From positions 18,164 through 82,163 of IMG/VR virus record IMGVR_UViG_3300033463_000075: a stretch of 64,000 nucleotides of DNA; one strand, written 5' to 3'. This document shows, in pieces, positions 43,986 through 54,929 of the stretch. Made by a program: the position numbers and the translations under genes. Under the pieces are notes generated by a model that was not told where the DNA came from, made no database searches, and worked only from the letters and a program-made list of their open reading frames with translations. Source of the stretch: a virus (Duplodnaviria > Caudoviricetes). The stretch's first letter is position 1; each line of letters starts with the position of its first letter.

Positions 43986-44909
43986 TTACTTTTTATATGC
44001 TTCTCATTGATTAGTGCCTGGCACTCTATGAAAAGCATGCCTTGGAAAATCTATTTTAGCTAATTTTTCACAGCCATTAAATATTTCAACAGTATTAGCA
44101 AGCATTGACATTTGTGCATCTGAGCCAAAGCTTACACTAACTAAGTTTTTACAGTTAGCAAAAGCATTTTTTTCAATAACTTGTACTGAAGCAGGTATAT
44201 GTATATCTATCAAGTTTGTTTTAGCAAAAGCCTCTGTGCCTATCGCCTCAAGAACAGAATCAGCTTCAAAATTAAGCCTTGTTAGGTCTTTACACTCAAA
44301 GAAACTACAAATGCCTATAACTCCAGTTGCTTTTGGTATTGTAAGCTCTACAAGACCACTATTCTTAAATGCTTCGCTGTCAATTACTCTAAGTGCATTT
44401 GGTAGCTTGATAGTTTTTAACGCCCCACAGTACTGAAAAGCATTACGCCCTATCTCATCCATTTTATCTGGTAAATCTACAGCTTTTAATTGCTCACAAA
44501 AGCTAAAAGTATATGTAGGCAATACTGTTAGTTGTGTTTCGCTAAGGTCAGCATGTTTAAGTTCTGAGCAGTAATGAAAAACTTGATCACCTAAGCTATT
44601 TATTGTGCTAGGCATAATCATATATTGTAATTTACTACATTGTTGGAAAGCGCCTGTACCTATCGTAGTCACACCAGTTCTTAATATAGCTCTTTGTAAG
44701 TTTGAAGCAAAAGCAAATGCAAAGCGACCTATATCAGTGCCATTATAATAAGTATCAAAATATTTGATGTCAAGATTATTTTTCAAAGCATCATCAGCTA
44801 CTCCTGTGCAGCCGCGAGGTAGTGAAAGTCTACCAGTTGGGCTCTTATAATAAGTTAGCTTACCACTACTATTTAATCTTATAACTTCAGCTGGTTGTGT
44901 GTTAGGCAT
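43986..44909 (-). CDS. BspA-type LRR protein A (307 aa, 1 TGA)
   Basis: Track ORF extended through TGA 44004 to TAA 43986. Confidence 0.9.
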
Positions 44910-44935
44910 TTTAGCTCTCCTTTTAAGCGATCGTA

Positions 44936-44944
44936 TAATTTAGC
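44936..44944 (-). promoter_or_regulatory. GCTAAATTA putative late promoter
   Basis: Exact motif upstream of LRR A. Confidence 0.7.
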
Positions 44945-45060
44945 TTATGAATATGCAAGTATAAAACAAAATCTGGGCTCGTTATAAGCCCATTTTCAAG
45001 CATAAATAAAAAAAGCAGCCAAATGTATAACTGCTTTTCTGATAATCATATATTGAGCTA

Positions 45061-46512
45061 TTATTTATTCCATACATAGGTAGCTTGTCCACAGTCATAG
45101 ACTTCAACAAAGTTATGTGTTAGCATTAGCTCCTCATTGCTTGTGCCTGTGCCATAACAACCAAATGTTTTTCCAAGCAAGGCATCAAATCCACGCTTAA
45201 ATAAAAGCTTGTCTGTAATATGGTCTTGTAATTTAATATTATACCAATGTCTACCTATAGCTCTACTAATTTTCTTAAAGTCAAGGTTAATATAAATATT
45301 GCCTTCAAACTTGCTGAGATCACAGTAGCTTACTATTGAATCTGGATTATAATTTTCAACAAAGTAGTTAAATAGCTTTTCGCTGCCACCAACTACTATA
45401 GCACTTCCACAAAGTCTAATCAATTCCCATTGATATTTTTTGCTGTAACGTGGCTTGCCAAATGTCATAAGCATAACTATTTCATCATTATAAATAAGAG
45501 CCAGTGCAACATCAGATTTTGTATATCCTTGAAAATGGTATTTATTTAAATAGTCAGCCTCAGCTTGTGCACTAATAAGCTTTATTGTGCACTTTCTAGC
45601 ACCTATAACTGGTTTTTTCTTCAAGAATGTATTTATAATTTTATCTTGGTCATCCCAGTCCCAAATATGAATACACTGATAGCCATTTCTAACTGCAATA
45701 TCTGTTTTATCAGCATGATAATATTTATCAATTCCATGGTCTTTGCACCAAGGGCTCCAAGTAGCATTATGTGTAGCAGTAGGGTCTATCTCAATTAAAA
45801 AGTTTTCGACTTTAAAATCGTAATAGCGGCCTTCAAGTAAAAATTCCTTTTCGTATGCTATATTATTTGCTTGTAATTTAGCTTCAAAATTAATATTAGC
45901 TTTTGAGTTCTTACTTCCATTACTTCGTTTAGCATTTTCACTTGTCCAATAATTTTCACAGCCGTATTTTTCTAAGAAAGTCTCTTTTAAGGATTCTTTA
46001 ATACTATCTTTTACAATATCAGACTTAGAAGCCCAATCAGTCCCATATTTAAGCTTTACCGTTTGTTTAATTTTTTCTACTTGATTTTTATAAGATGTTT
46101 GTAAATCGCCACTATTTTCAATTCTTGTTTGAAGATTTTTGTAAATATTATTTTTTGAGCCATATTTAGCTTCATTTGATCTACGCACTTCTGTCATTAA
46201 GTCTTGACGCTTAAATTGGTTATCTACTCCATACTTTTCTGTATTAGTTTTAGCACGCTTAGCTTGATTATTATAATTGCTATCACCATATCTATCAAGT
46301 TTAACCTTTTTAATGTTAGCTGTATGTAAATCTTTTGGTTTGTTTATTTCATAATACCTTAAGATTCTTGATAACATACTTGTTGTGATATTAAAATAAG
46401 CAGCTGTATCTGGACCAGATTTATTTTCAGTAATGTAAATCTTATAAAGCTCGTCTTTAGCTACCATATGTAAATAATCTTCAAATAATAATCTTTTCAT
46501 TGTATTATCCAC
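45061..46512 (-). mobile_element. free-standing homing endonuclease-like gene downstream of major capsid gene
   Basis: EKYG-type repeats; YYDFKVENFLIEID PD-(D/E)xK-like core; GARKC...HFQG...TFGKPR...WELIR C-terminal region; start may be ATG 46500. Confidence 0.75.
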
Positions 46513-46539
46513 TCCTACTCAACTATTATATTATACAAT

Positions 46540-46548
46540 AAATTTAGC
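46540..46548 (-). promoter_or_regulatory. GCTAAATTT variant late motif next to TGTATAAT -10-like site
   Basis: One-base variant of the motif; TGTATAAT at 46530-46537. Confidence 0.5.
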
Positions 46549-46574
46549 AGAAATTTAATAAAAATATAAATAAA

Positions 46575-46600
46575 AAGAGACCCCAAAATTGAGGTCTCTT
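46575..46600 (-). terminator. intrinsic terminator after major capsid gene
   Basis: AAGAGACCTC/GGGGTCTCTT stem then T-run. Confidence 0.8.
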
Positions 46601-46626
46601 AATTTTTCGCTTAGATAGTCTACAGA

Positions 46627-47946
46627 CTAAGCAACGATCTTACCAGCAACTAGTAATAATTCGTTGATTAAAGCCTTAGCATACCATGTGCTAAATCCTT
46701 GTGCTAAACCGCCATCTGGTGTTCCAAGTAATTGTGTTGGAACTATAGCCATATATGGAGCATAAACACCAGCAGATGACATTAAGTCATTACCATTTAG
46801 ACCGAAGAAGAATTCTCCAGAACCTAATAGTGGAGATACATAGATGTTTAAACCATCAAGTTCACCAACCTTGTAAGGACCGTTCATCTTAACATTCTTT
46901 ACAGCTGTGAATCCGTTAACGAATCTTAAAACTGGAAGAACGTCAGCAGCGATTACCATGTAGTTTGGATGGAATTTCTTTGTTCTGTTGTAGATGATAG
47001 CCTTAGCTTTTTCAACGATTTCAAGGAAACCATTGTAGTGTTCAAACTTGCTAACGCCGATAGGTAATGTCTTTGACCAGATTAATTCTTCATTAGCTTC
47101 ACCAGCACCCTTATATAACATATCAACGATTTCTGTATCGATTTCATATGCTAATTCACCACAAGCTTGTTCAGCGATTTGCTTATCAAGTGTGAAACCA
47201 TAGTCTGTCTTAGCTTGGAAAGCTGTAATTTGATCATATCTAACAGCGATACGTCTTGGTTCAGCTACCAAAGCAATTCTTTCCATCTTTGGTCCAATTG
47301 TTGGGATGTCTTGAGCTGGAACATGTTCCATTTGGAATTCTTCAGAGAAGTAAGCTAACTTATCGCCAGCAGCTAAGCCTTCAACCTTACCGCCAACTAC
47401 GTTAGCGTAGATTGTTTCACCATTTCTGATGATCTTAGCATCATACTTTTCTTCTGTCTTAGGATCTATGAATCTCTTGATAGCCATTGGAGTTAAAGCT
47501 GGTTCACCATCAGAACCGATAGTTTCGATGATTACTTGAGATGTGTAGTTCATTCTAGCTTCATTCATGTCTCCAAGACCGAATACGCCGTTAAATAAGT
47601 CGCCTTTCTTTACGTCGCCCTTATCTGTCTTAGCAACATACTTTAAGTAAGCGATAGATCCAGAATAAGATGTCATTGGGTGAACGATAACTAAATCGTT
47701 AGCGATTAATGAAGGAACAGCAATGTTTGTTAGGTTTAAACAGAATTTCTTCCAGTCGCCTAAGTCAGCTCTTTCTGTAGCCATTGTGTTCATAGATTCA
47801 GTAATCCATCTGTTTGTATTATCTAACAATACAGCTGTAGCTAGCTTTGTGTTGTTAGAAATTTGCTTGCCGTCATAGTTGTTAGCAATATAAGCTTCAG
47901 CAACCTTAATTTGACGTCCATAAGTTTCTAATAGATTTTGTCTCAT
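46627..47946 (-). CDS. major capsid protein (T4 gp23-like)
   Basis: VPSLIANDLVIVHPMT...QIAEQACGELAYEIDTEIV...GVYAPYM; TAG stop; no TGA. Confidence 0.92.
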   Translation of the reverse strand: MRQNLLETYGRQIKVAEAYIANNYDGKQISNNTKLATAVLLDNTNRWITESMNTMATERADLGDWKKFCLNLTNIAVPSLIANDLVIVHPMTSYSGSIAYLKYVAKTDKGDVKKGDLFNGVFGLGDMNEARMNYTSQVIIETIGSDGEPALTPMAIKRFIDPKTEEKYDAKIIRNGETIYANVVGGKVEGLAAGDKLAYFSEEFQMEHVPAQDIPTIGPKMERIALVAEPRRIAVRYDQITAFQAKTDYGFTLDKQIAEQACGELAYEIDTEIVDMLYKGAGEANEELIWSKTLPIGVSKFEHYNGFLEIVEKAKAIIYNRTKKFHPNYMVIAADVLPVLRFVNGFTAVKNVKMNGPYKVGELDGLNIYVSPLLGSGEFFFGLNGNDLMSSAGVYAPYMAIVPTQLLGTPDGGLAQGFSTWYAKALINELLLVAGKIVA

Positions 47947-47984
47947 TGTTTTTGTATCCTTTTTAATATTTTTTGTTTTTGTTG

Positions 47985-49820
47985 TTATTTTTTCAAACCA
48001 GCACCTTCTAATACCCAGTCAGCAATTTCATCTTCTTGAGATTTAGTTGCAACTTGAGTAGGAGCCTTTGCTTCAGTAATCTTGATACCACTCATACCAA
48101 AAGGTAATCTTGAGAATCCAACACTTTCATTAAGCATTTCATCACATAGTGAATCAATTTCCTTTATTGAATACTTCTCAGAAAGTCTGCTCTTAATATC
48201 AGAAGCTCTAACTCCAAGCATTTCTGCTTTTGAATCGATGTATTTATTTAATGTTTCTTCAAGCTTAGCTTTATATTGTCTTGCAACAGATATACTATCA
48301 TTTGCTTTTTGTTTAGCTGTTGCTAATTGCTCAGATAGACTAGCTTTTTCTTCATCAAATTCTTTTTGCATTACATCAATCTTTTCTGTTAATAGCTTAA
48401 TCTTTCCATTATTTGCAGAATTCAAGCTTTCATTCAAAGACTTAGAATTGCTCATTTGACCTTCTAGCTCATTGATTCTTGCATCTTTTTGAGCTAATTG
48501 TTCTTGCAATTGTTTTGCTTCTTTTTCTATCGATTGTGATTTTGCAGCTACACTGCTAACCCTTGCGAAGGCCATTTTATATTTATTAAGTTCTTCTTCT
48601 AATGATTTAACCTTAGTATCACTAACTGTCTTTTCTTTATTCAAAGACTTAATTTGGTCCTCTAAAGTAGCTTTTTGACGAATTGCTTCCTTCAAGCTAT
48701 CAAATAGCTTAACATCTTCTGCTCCATTATCAATGGCTTCTTCGTCTGCTGGTTGCTCTTCCTCAGCTACAACAGGTTCTTCTATATCTGCATTATCAGT
48801 ATCTTCTTCGTTTGTTTCTGCCTCAGCTTCTTCAGTAGGTAAGATTTCTTCAACCTTTTCAGCAACTACTTCATCAACCTTTTCAGCAATTTCCTCAGCT
48901 TGTTCTTCTGTAGGTTCAACAACTTCTTGAACAGCATTTGCAACTGCTTCTGCTGTATCTTGAATTGTCTCAACTGCTTCTTCGGCAGAAATTTGTGTAT
49001 CTTCAGCTGGAGCTTCTGTTTCTACAGCTTCTTCTTCAGCTGTTGGCTCAACGATAGGTTCGATGTCAGCTTCAGCTGCAGGAATTTCTTCCTCAACGTT
49101 TTCTTCACCTTCATCTTCTATTAAAGGAACTTTATCAGGATCTGTTTCTGCAACAAATTGAATCTTTTCCTCAACAGGTTCTTCTTCGTCAAGCTTAATA
49201 TCTAAATTATCTAATGTATCTTTCATAACTAATTTATCTTCTTCATTAGCTTCATTTAAAGATTCAGTTAAAGCTTTCTTCATAGATACTTGCTTATTAT
49301 CCAAAGATTCGCACATAGCAAGTCTTGCTCTCTTCATAGCTGGTGTTCCAACAATATCCCATGTTTCCAAGAAGAATGTATCTGGGTCAACGGAATTGTC
49401 AGGCATAACATCACCAGATCCACGTGAGCTAATACCAGGTGTAAATCCATAGTCGCAAAGAATCTTTAATAGCTTTCCATTAGGAGTGTCTAAAATGTCT
49501 ACATATGCATATAAGTCATCATCAACAATTTTTGGCATCTCAGGAATACAAGCACAAACAAGCTTCATATCAGTTTCTTCTCTATCAGCTGGGTGTCCAA
49601 GCTCAAGGAATAAACTCTTATTAGCAACCTTTTCTTTAAAGATGTCATCAGCTAATGCCTTTTCCCATAGCTCTCTATTATAAAGTCTTCCGTTTCTTGT
49701 AGATTCCTTGCAAGTAGCGATAGGACCATATAATCTGCCAAGGATATGTCTCTTAGCTTTCTCTTCATCTGATAATGGTTGCATTTGTAGTGCTTCCAAA
49801 ATTTTGTTATTATTTGTCAT
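47985..49820 (-). CDS. prohead protease (gp21-like) fused to acidic linker and coiled-coil scaffold (gp22-like)
   Basis: NGRLY...ELGHP...DTPNG...GISSRGSG...TWDIVGTPA; C-terminal coiled coil. Confidence 0.9.
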   Translation of the reverse strand: MTNNNKILEALQMQPLSDEEKAKRHILGRLYGPIATCKESTRNGRLYNRELWEKALADDIFKEKVANKSLFLELGHPADREETDMKLVCACIPEMPKIVDDDLYAYVDILDTPNGKLLKILCDYGFTPGISSRGSGDVMPDNSVDPDTFFLETWDIVGTPAMKRARLAMCESLDNKQVSMKKALTESLNEANEEDKLVMKDTLDNLDIKLDEEEPVEEKIQFVAETDPDKVPLIEDEGEENVEEEIPAAEADIEPIVEPTAEEEAVETEAPAEDTQISAEEAVETIQDTAEAVANAVQEVVEPTEEQAEEIAEKVDEVVAEKVEEILPTEEAEAETNEEDTDNADIEEPVVAEEEQPADEEAIDNGAEDVKLFDSLKEAIRQKATLEDQIKSLNKEKTVSDTKVKSLEEELNKYKMAFARVSSVAAKSQSIEKEAKQLQEQLAQKDARINELEGQMSNSKSLNESLNSANNGKIKLLTEKIDVMQKEFDEEKASLSEQLATAKQKANDSISVARQYKAKLEETLNKYIDSKAEMLGVRASDIKSRLSEKYSIKEIDSLCDEMLNESVGFSRLPFGMSGIKITEAKAPTQVATKSQEDEIADWVLEGAGLKK

Positions 49821-49861
49821 CTTTCGTTTTCCTTATTTTCTAATAAAAACTTTAAATCAAT

Positions 49862-49870
49862 TAATTTAGC
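49862..49870 (-). promoter_or_regulatory. GCTAAATTA putative late promoter
   Basis: Exact motif upstream of protease gene. Confidence 0.7.
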
Positions 49871-49919
49871 ATAAATTAGTAATAATATTTCTAAAAATTG
49901 TAAAGTTTGTGTAAATTAA

Positions 49920-50186
49920 CTATTCACCGATAACTAAATCTTCACCAATATAAACTGAAATCTTTTGATCATCAGCAGCTGGAATACCAGTTTTACTTGT
50001 GTAGATAAAGCCATCTTTGAAGTATACTAACTTAATTCCTTCTAAATCAGCTTCTTCTTCGCCAGCCTTAAATGTCATAGCAACGTCAGCATCAAAATCT
50101 GGAATGTTCTTCTTTGTGCCAAAAATATCTTTAGCATTGTTCTTTACGAATTCGTAAGCTAACTTATAATCATTCTTGAAATACAT
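49920..50186 (-). CDS. small hypothetical head-region protein
   Basis: Own late motif and SD GGAG; TAG stop. Confidence 0.7.
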   Translation of the reverse strand: MYFKNDYKLAYEFVKNNAKDIFGTKKNIPDFDADVAMTFKAGEEEADLEGIKLVYFKDGFIYTSKTGIPAADDQKISVYIGEDLVIGE

Positions 50187-50250
50187 AGTTGTAAATCTCC
50201 TTAATATAAAAATTTATTTTTATTTTGAGTTGCCACAAAACAACATCAAT

Positions 50251-50259
50251 TAATTTAGC
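50251..50259 (-). promoter_or_regulatory. GCTAAATTA putative late promoter
   Basis: Exact motif upstream of ATG 50186. Confidence 0.7.
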
Positions 50260-50283
50260 TAATAATATATTTTAATATAAAAA

Positions 50284-50310
50284 AATTAGGATGCTTATCA
50301 CACCCTAATT
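50284..50310 (-). terminator. intrinsic terminator
   Basis: AATTAGGGTG/CATCCTAATT stem (one G-U) then T-run. Confidence 0.7.
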
Positions 50311-50333
50311 TATTGCTTGCCACACTTGGCTTA

Positions 50334-50843
50334 TTAAGCGCTTAGCTCACGTCTATCATTTAGGTACTCTAAAACCATGATGTCAGACTTAATTACAGCT
50401 AATAAAGACATACACTTTGTTAAGTCTCCAGTTGAGCTGTAATCAGCTAAAGCATTAGCTATTTCAACAGCTCTTGTTTGCTTTAAGAATAAGCTGTCAT
50501 CTATTTTGCTATTGTACAAGAATATTTGTGTAAGTAAGCTTGCTAAAGTAGTAGCTACTTCATTGCCATTTATAGAGGCATCAACATCTTGTAATGAAAA
50601 GTTCATAATATTTGTATATAGAGGTGAATTATGCTTATTATGCTTTTGTCTTAAACCTTCAAAGAAGTTAATAGCAGCAAGCCCTTTATTTGCAGCAATG
50701 AACTTTAACGCTTCTATTGCCTTTGGATCATTCATATCCTTAGCAGTTAAAAGCTTTGATAAATTTTTGTTTACTTCAATTTTAGATACACCCTCATCTT
50801 CAAGACGTACTAAAAGTCCTATGCAATCATCTTTTAATATCAT
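50334..50843 (-). CDS. hypothetical protein
   Basis: Open frame after portal; TAA stop. Confidence 0.75.
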   Translation of the reverse strand: MILKDDCIGLLVRLEDEGVSKIEVNKNLSKLLTAKDMNDPKAIEALKFIAANKGLAAINFFEGLRQKHNKHNSPLYTNIMNFSLQDVDASINGNEVATTLASLLTQIFLYNSKIDDSLFLKQTRAVEIANALADYSSTGDLTKCMSLLAVIKSDIMVLEYLNDRRELSA

Positions 50844-50863
50844 ATTATATCCCTTTTCCTTTC

Positions 50864-52813
50864 TTAATTATTAACTGTAAAATCTATTCCCTTAATATCT
50901 TCTGGCTTTGGTAGGTCCTCATCAGAATTTTCTAATAGGTCTAACTTCTTCTCTAAACCGTCTAATTGTAAGCTTTCATTAGTTGGTATAGGAGGAAGCT
51001 CTATGTCCTCAGCTCCACCAGCTGGCTCTTCTTTTGGAGCATTAGGTGGAACAGGTGCTCCACCCTCTTCTTCACCTTCTGGTGGGTTATTCTTTTCTTC
51101 TTCTTTAGCAGCTTTGATAGCTTCAATTTCTTCATCAATAATAGCTTGCATTTCGTCGCCATAATTCAATGTGCCTAATTGATACTTCAATAGTTTTAAT
51201 CTTCTTTCTCTGTCTTCAACATCTGTAAATAAAGCATTCATACTGCTAATAGCATTTAGTCTATCTGTTAAGTCTTTTCTATAGTCTAGCATTTCTTGTG
51301 TTATAGGTTGTTGCATCTTTAACACAAAGTTATTTAGATAGCTTACTAAGCCATTATTGATAAGCATTAAGTTAATAGCTTCTGTAACAGCTTGAGTAAT
51401 AGCATTTTGAACCATCTTAACATTTTTACCAAATTGAGATGAAATAATTGTTAAAGCTGTACCGCCGTTGAAACCACCACCTTCATCTGTGAAACCAAAG
51501 TATTGTTTTGGAACACCAAAAGCAGCATAGAATTTATCATTCCACCACTCAATATCTGCAATACCTTTAACTTCAGTATCACCGCCAACAGCACTAATAG
51601 TAATTGCTCCTTGACCATTATGTGTTGTATAATAAACATTATTTTCAACTGGACCTGGGTTAATAAATTCAGAGGCACCACCATCTGTTCTACCTTCGCC
51701 AGTAACTAGGGCTGTCTTTTGTTCTATCATAGACTTAACATATCTTAATGTAGCTTTTGCCTTTTCTTTAGACATATCACCAACATCAATAGCTACAAGT
51801 CTAATAATACTTGAACGTGTAACTCTATTTAAGATAGCAGCATTTTCAAGTAATGTCTTTTCTCTTCAAGTTTTATATGAATCATATAGAATAGATTTAC
51901 CACGCTTAACTGTATAGTCCATACTATTTAGGTCAGAGTCATAATCTGAGTTGTTCTTATAGATTTGAACAGTTTCTGGGAATCTTGTATAGTTGTCATC
52001 TAAGTAAGCATGTACATAATCATCAGCTTGGTGAACAATAATATCATTACTCTTCATTCTATAATTAGCTACTGTAATACCTGAAGATGCACTTACTACT
52101 TCTGAATAATCATAGCCTAAGCTCTTGGTATTAGGAACCTCAATGAAACCATATGTTTTGCCGTATTTAGTAAGCTCAAACATTGTACTTGGGTCTGGCA
52201 CCATTTCTACATAATAGCTATACTTATCGTTGTTATTGTGCATTGATAAGATAATATTTTCGTCTAAGCCTTGTGCTCTTGCTGTTTCTTTATCAAGCTC
52301 TTCATTTAGGATGTCTCTTGCACCCTTTGTTTTTGGTTGGCCAAATAAATCATCTTCATAGTCTGATTCTCTAAAAAGCTTTAGATAAACGTCGCCATAT
52401 TTTAATAAACAATAAGTCCAACCATAAATGTATTTATCTACATTCATAATATTTAATAAGTAGTTTACATACTTACTAACTTTTGGATCTTTTGCTTCAC
52501 ACCATATAATATGACCGTTATCAGCTGCTTCACAAACTGACCCTGCAAATGTCTTTAATAACATAGCTACTGCAGAATCTCTTCCCATTGTATCAATTAG
52601 CTCATAAACTTGTTCTCTGCCATTAGATATAGTAGTAAACTTTTCAAGTGCTGCAAAATCAATATTTGTTCCGCCTAGCACTTCATCAACTAATTGCTTA
52701 GATAAGTCAACGTCAGCTTTTACCGTTTTATCCAATACAGTAGACTTAATTTGGCTTCCTGCTAATGGGTTTGGTGATTTGGCTCTTGGTTTTCTAACCT
52801 TTTCATCTGCCAT
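50864..52813 (-). CDS. portal protein (T4 gp20-like; 649 aa, 1 TGA)
   Basis: TGA 51866 fuses track ORFs: YDSYKT[W]REKTLLENA...RLVAIDVGDM; AFGVPKQYF; follows terminase. Confidence 0.88.
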
Positions 52814-52841
52814 TTTTGCTTCTCCTTATTTGTATTTAATT

Positions 52842-54893
52842 TTATCCTAAAAATAATATTCCATCTGATATATCTGCTAAGTCCTGTGCTAAATCAGGAT
52901 CATCGTCATCATCAAATAGTCTATCAGTTTCGTTTTTGTCTAACTCTTGATATATTTTAGCTAATTCGTTTTGGAAATCAACTATTATTTGCTGCTTTTT
53001 TTGTGCTGCTGATTGCTCAGAGTTTACTTCAAGCATAGCATCTAAATTATTAGCTACATTGATAGTTGCAGTACATAAATCAGCATGTTGTGATGCACTC
53101 CATAAAGAACCTACTACAGCATCAATTTGGTCCTTTGAACCAGATTTACCAGCGTCAGGGTGTTCAATATGACCATCAGATAGCTTTTCAAGTCCTAAAA
53201 CTTCTTCTGTTAAGAAGTCACACTTATGATAAACGTCCATACGTCTGTCTGTCATAGTAGTCTTAAAATAAGCATATTGGTTTTGTTGTCTTGTTTTAGC
53301 ATCAACGCGGTCCACAGATACAGTCTTTACTTCAAAGCCATCTGTTTTTAACTCTTGTTGCATCATTGGTCCACCCCAAGTATCGCAAGATATACCTTTA
53401 ATATTAAAGCCTTGGTCTCTTAGCCATCTAATAAAGTTTCTATGCTTTGCAAAGCTAATTGAGAAACCCTTAGGAGCTTTGATAGATACTGAGAAAGCTA
53501 CTCTATAGAAAAGCTCTCTTGAGATGTCTTCACCTTCAATACTTTCAGATTTACCTTTTAATCAAGTACCTGCAATACCTGTTTTGTCTCCTTTACCTAA
53601 ACTTCCAGACGACATGTCGAGATGGATAAATAAAGGTTTTGCTTTCCATTCGTCAGGCACCTTACTTAGGTCAAAGAAATTCGCATATTGTGCAAAGTCA
53701 TCAGGACTATTTCCAACCTCAATAATTTCTTTTGTGAATGGGTTTTCATAATCAGCTTTAATAGCATTCCAAGAAATACCTGAAATATACTTAGTAGCAG
53801 AAGCAGTTGAAATACCTGCAATATCTGTTAAAGCTAATTCAATGTTTGTTTTGAAAGCTTCTAAGTATGCTTCTGTAGCTGGAACTGAAATAATCCTGTT
53901 ATATCCCTTTTCTCTATATGTTGCTTCATCAACACCATCTGGGATAAGTTCATTTGGTAGGAATCTATCACCTACGGCTACTTTAAACCAAGTGCCTGTT
54001 TGTTTTCTTACATCGACTACCCATTGTGGTTCATCAATGATTAATGTTGTCTTTGATTCATTTTTCTTCTTAGTTTCAATATAGTCATCTAAGAAAGATT
54101 GGTCAGATGCTTTAGAAGAAGCTATAATATTTAGTGTTGGTAAAAAGTTTCCTCTTAAGAATCTTGATGCCATACGGGCGTCAACTTGAGAAATAATTTT
54201 CTTTAATTTTGCCTTTAATCTTTCAACGTCAGCACTTCTGGCGTCGAAGTTAACTTCGTCTGAGAAATTACAGAATAGCGCACGACCTACAATTTGATTG
54301 TTGCTTGAAGCACATACAAACTCAATATGCTTTTCTGGGACAAACATCATATTGCTTGTTCCGTGCATCTCACCATGTGCCATAAACCAGTCACTTGATA
54401 AAACTAATTGATTTAGCTTATCAAGAGCAACGCCCTTAGCGTTTTCAATAGTGATGTTCATTAAAGATATTGTGATTTTATCGATAGGTTGCATTCCATA
54501 ATATAAATATGGATCTTTTAGACAAAGCAATCTATATAACATATAAAGCTGACAAATAACAGCCATTGTAGATTTACCAATACCAATAGACCCTGTAAGT
54601 ATTAGAGTGTTATAAGCAGTTGTTGTATTCGTTGGAAATATCTTTTTAAGGGTGTCTTCTCAGTAAGGGAATAATGTAAATCTGCCTTCTGGGTCATATA
54701 AGCCATTTCCAAGATAACGTTTATCATGTAAAAAAGTGTGTATATCAACTGGGACTTCTTCTCAGTCGGCATACTTCATTTCTTCTAAAGTCTCAGATGA
54801 GCCAGCTTTAGCATATTCGCCTAAAATCTTTAATACTTCAGCTCTTTCTTCTGGGCTTAAATTGTCTAAAATTTCTTGACTAATCCTTTCCAT
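52842..54893 (-). CDS. terminase large subunit (683 aa, 3 TGA)
   Basis: Walker A LTGSIGIGKST; FSDEVNF; IHLDMSSG...DKTGIAG; KDQIDA; TGA 54762, 54660, 53562. Confidence 0.92.
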
Positions 54894-54929
54894 AGCACTA
54901 TTATATTATACATTATATATAATGTATTT

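Noticed and set aside
35857-44909. Diversity-generating retroelement or invertase shuffling of the LRR array
   Set aside because: No reverse transcriptase, recombinase, near-identical template/variable repeats or inverted repeats in the window; paralogs are highly diverged.
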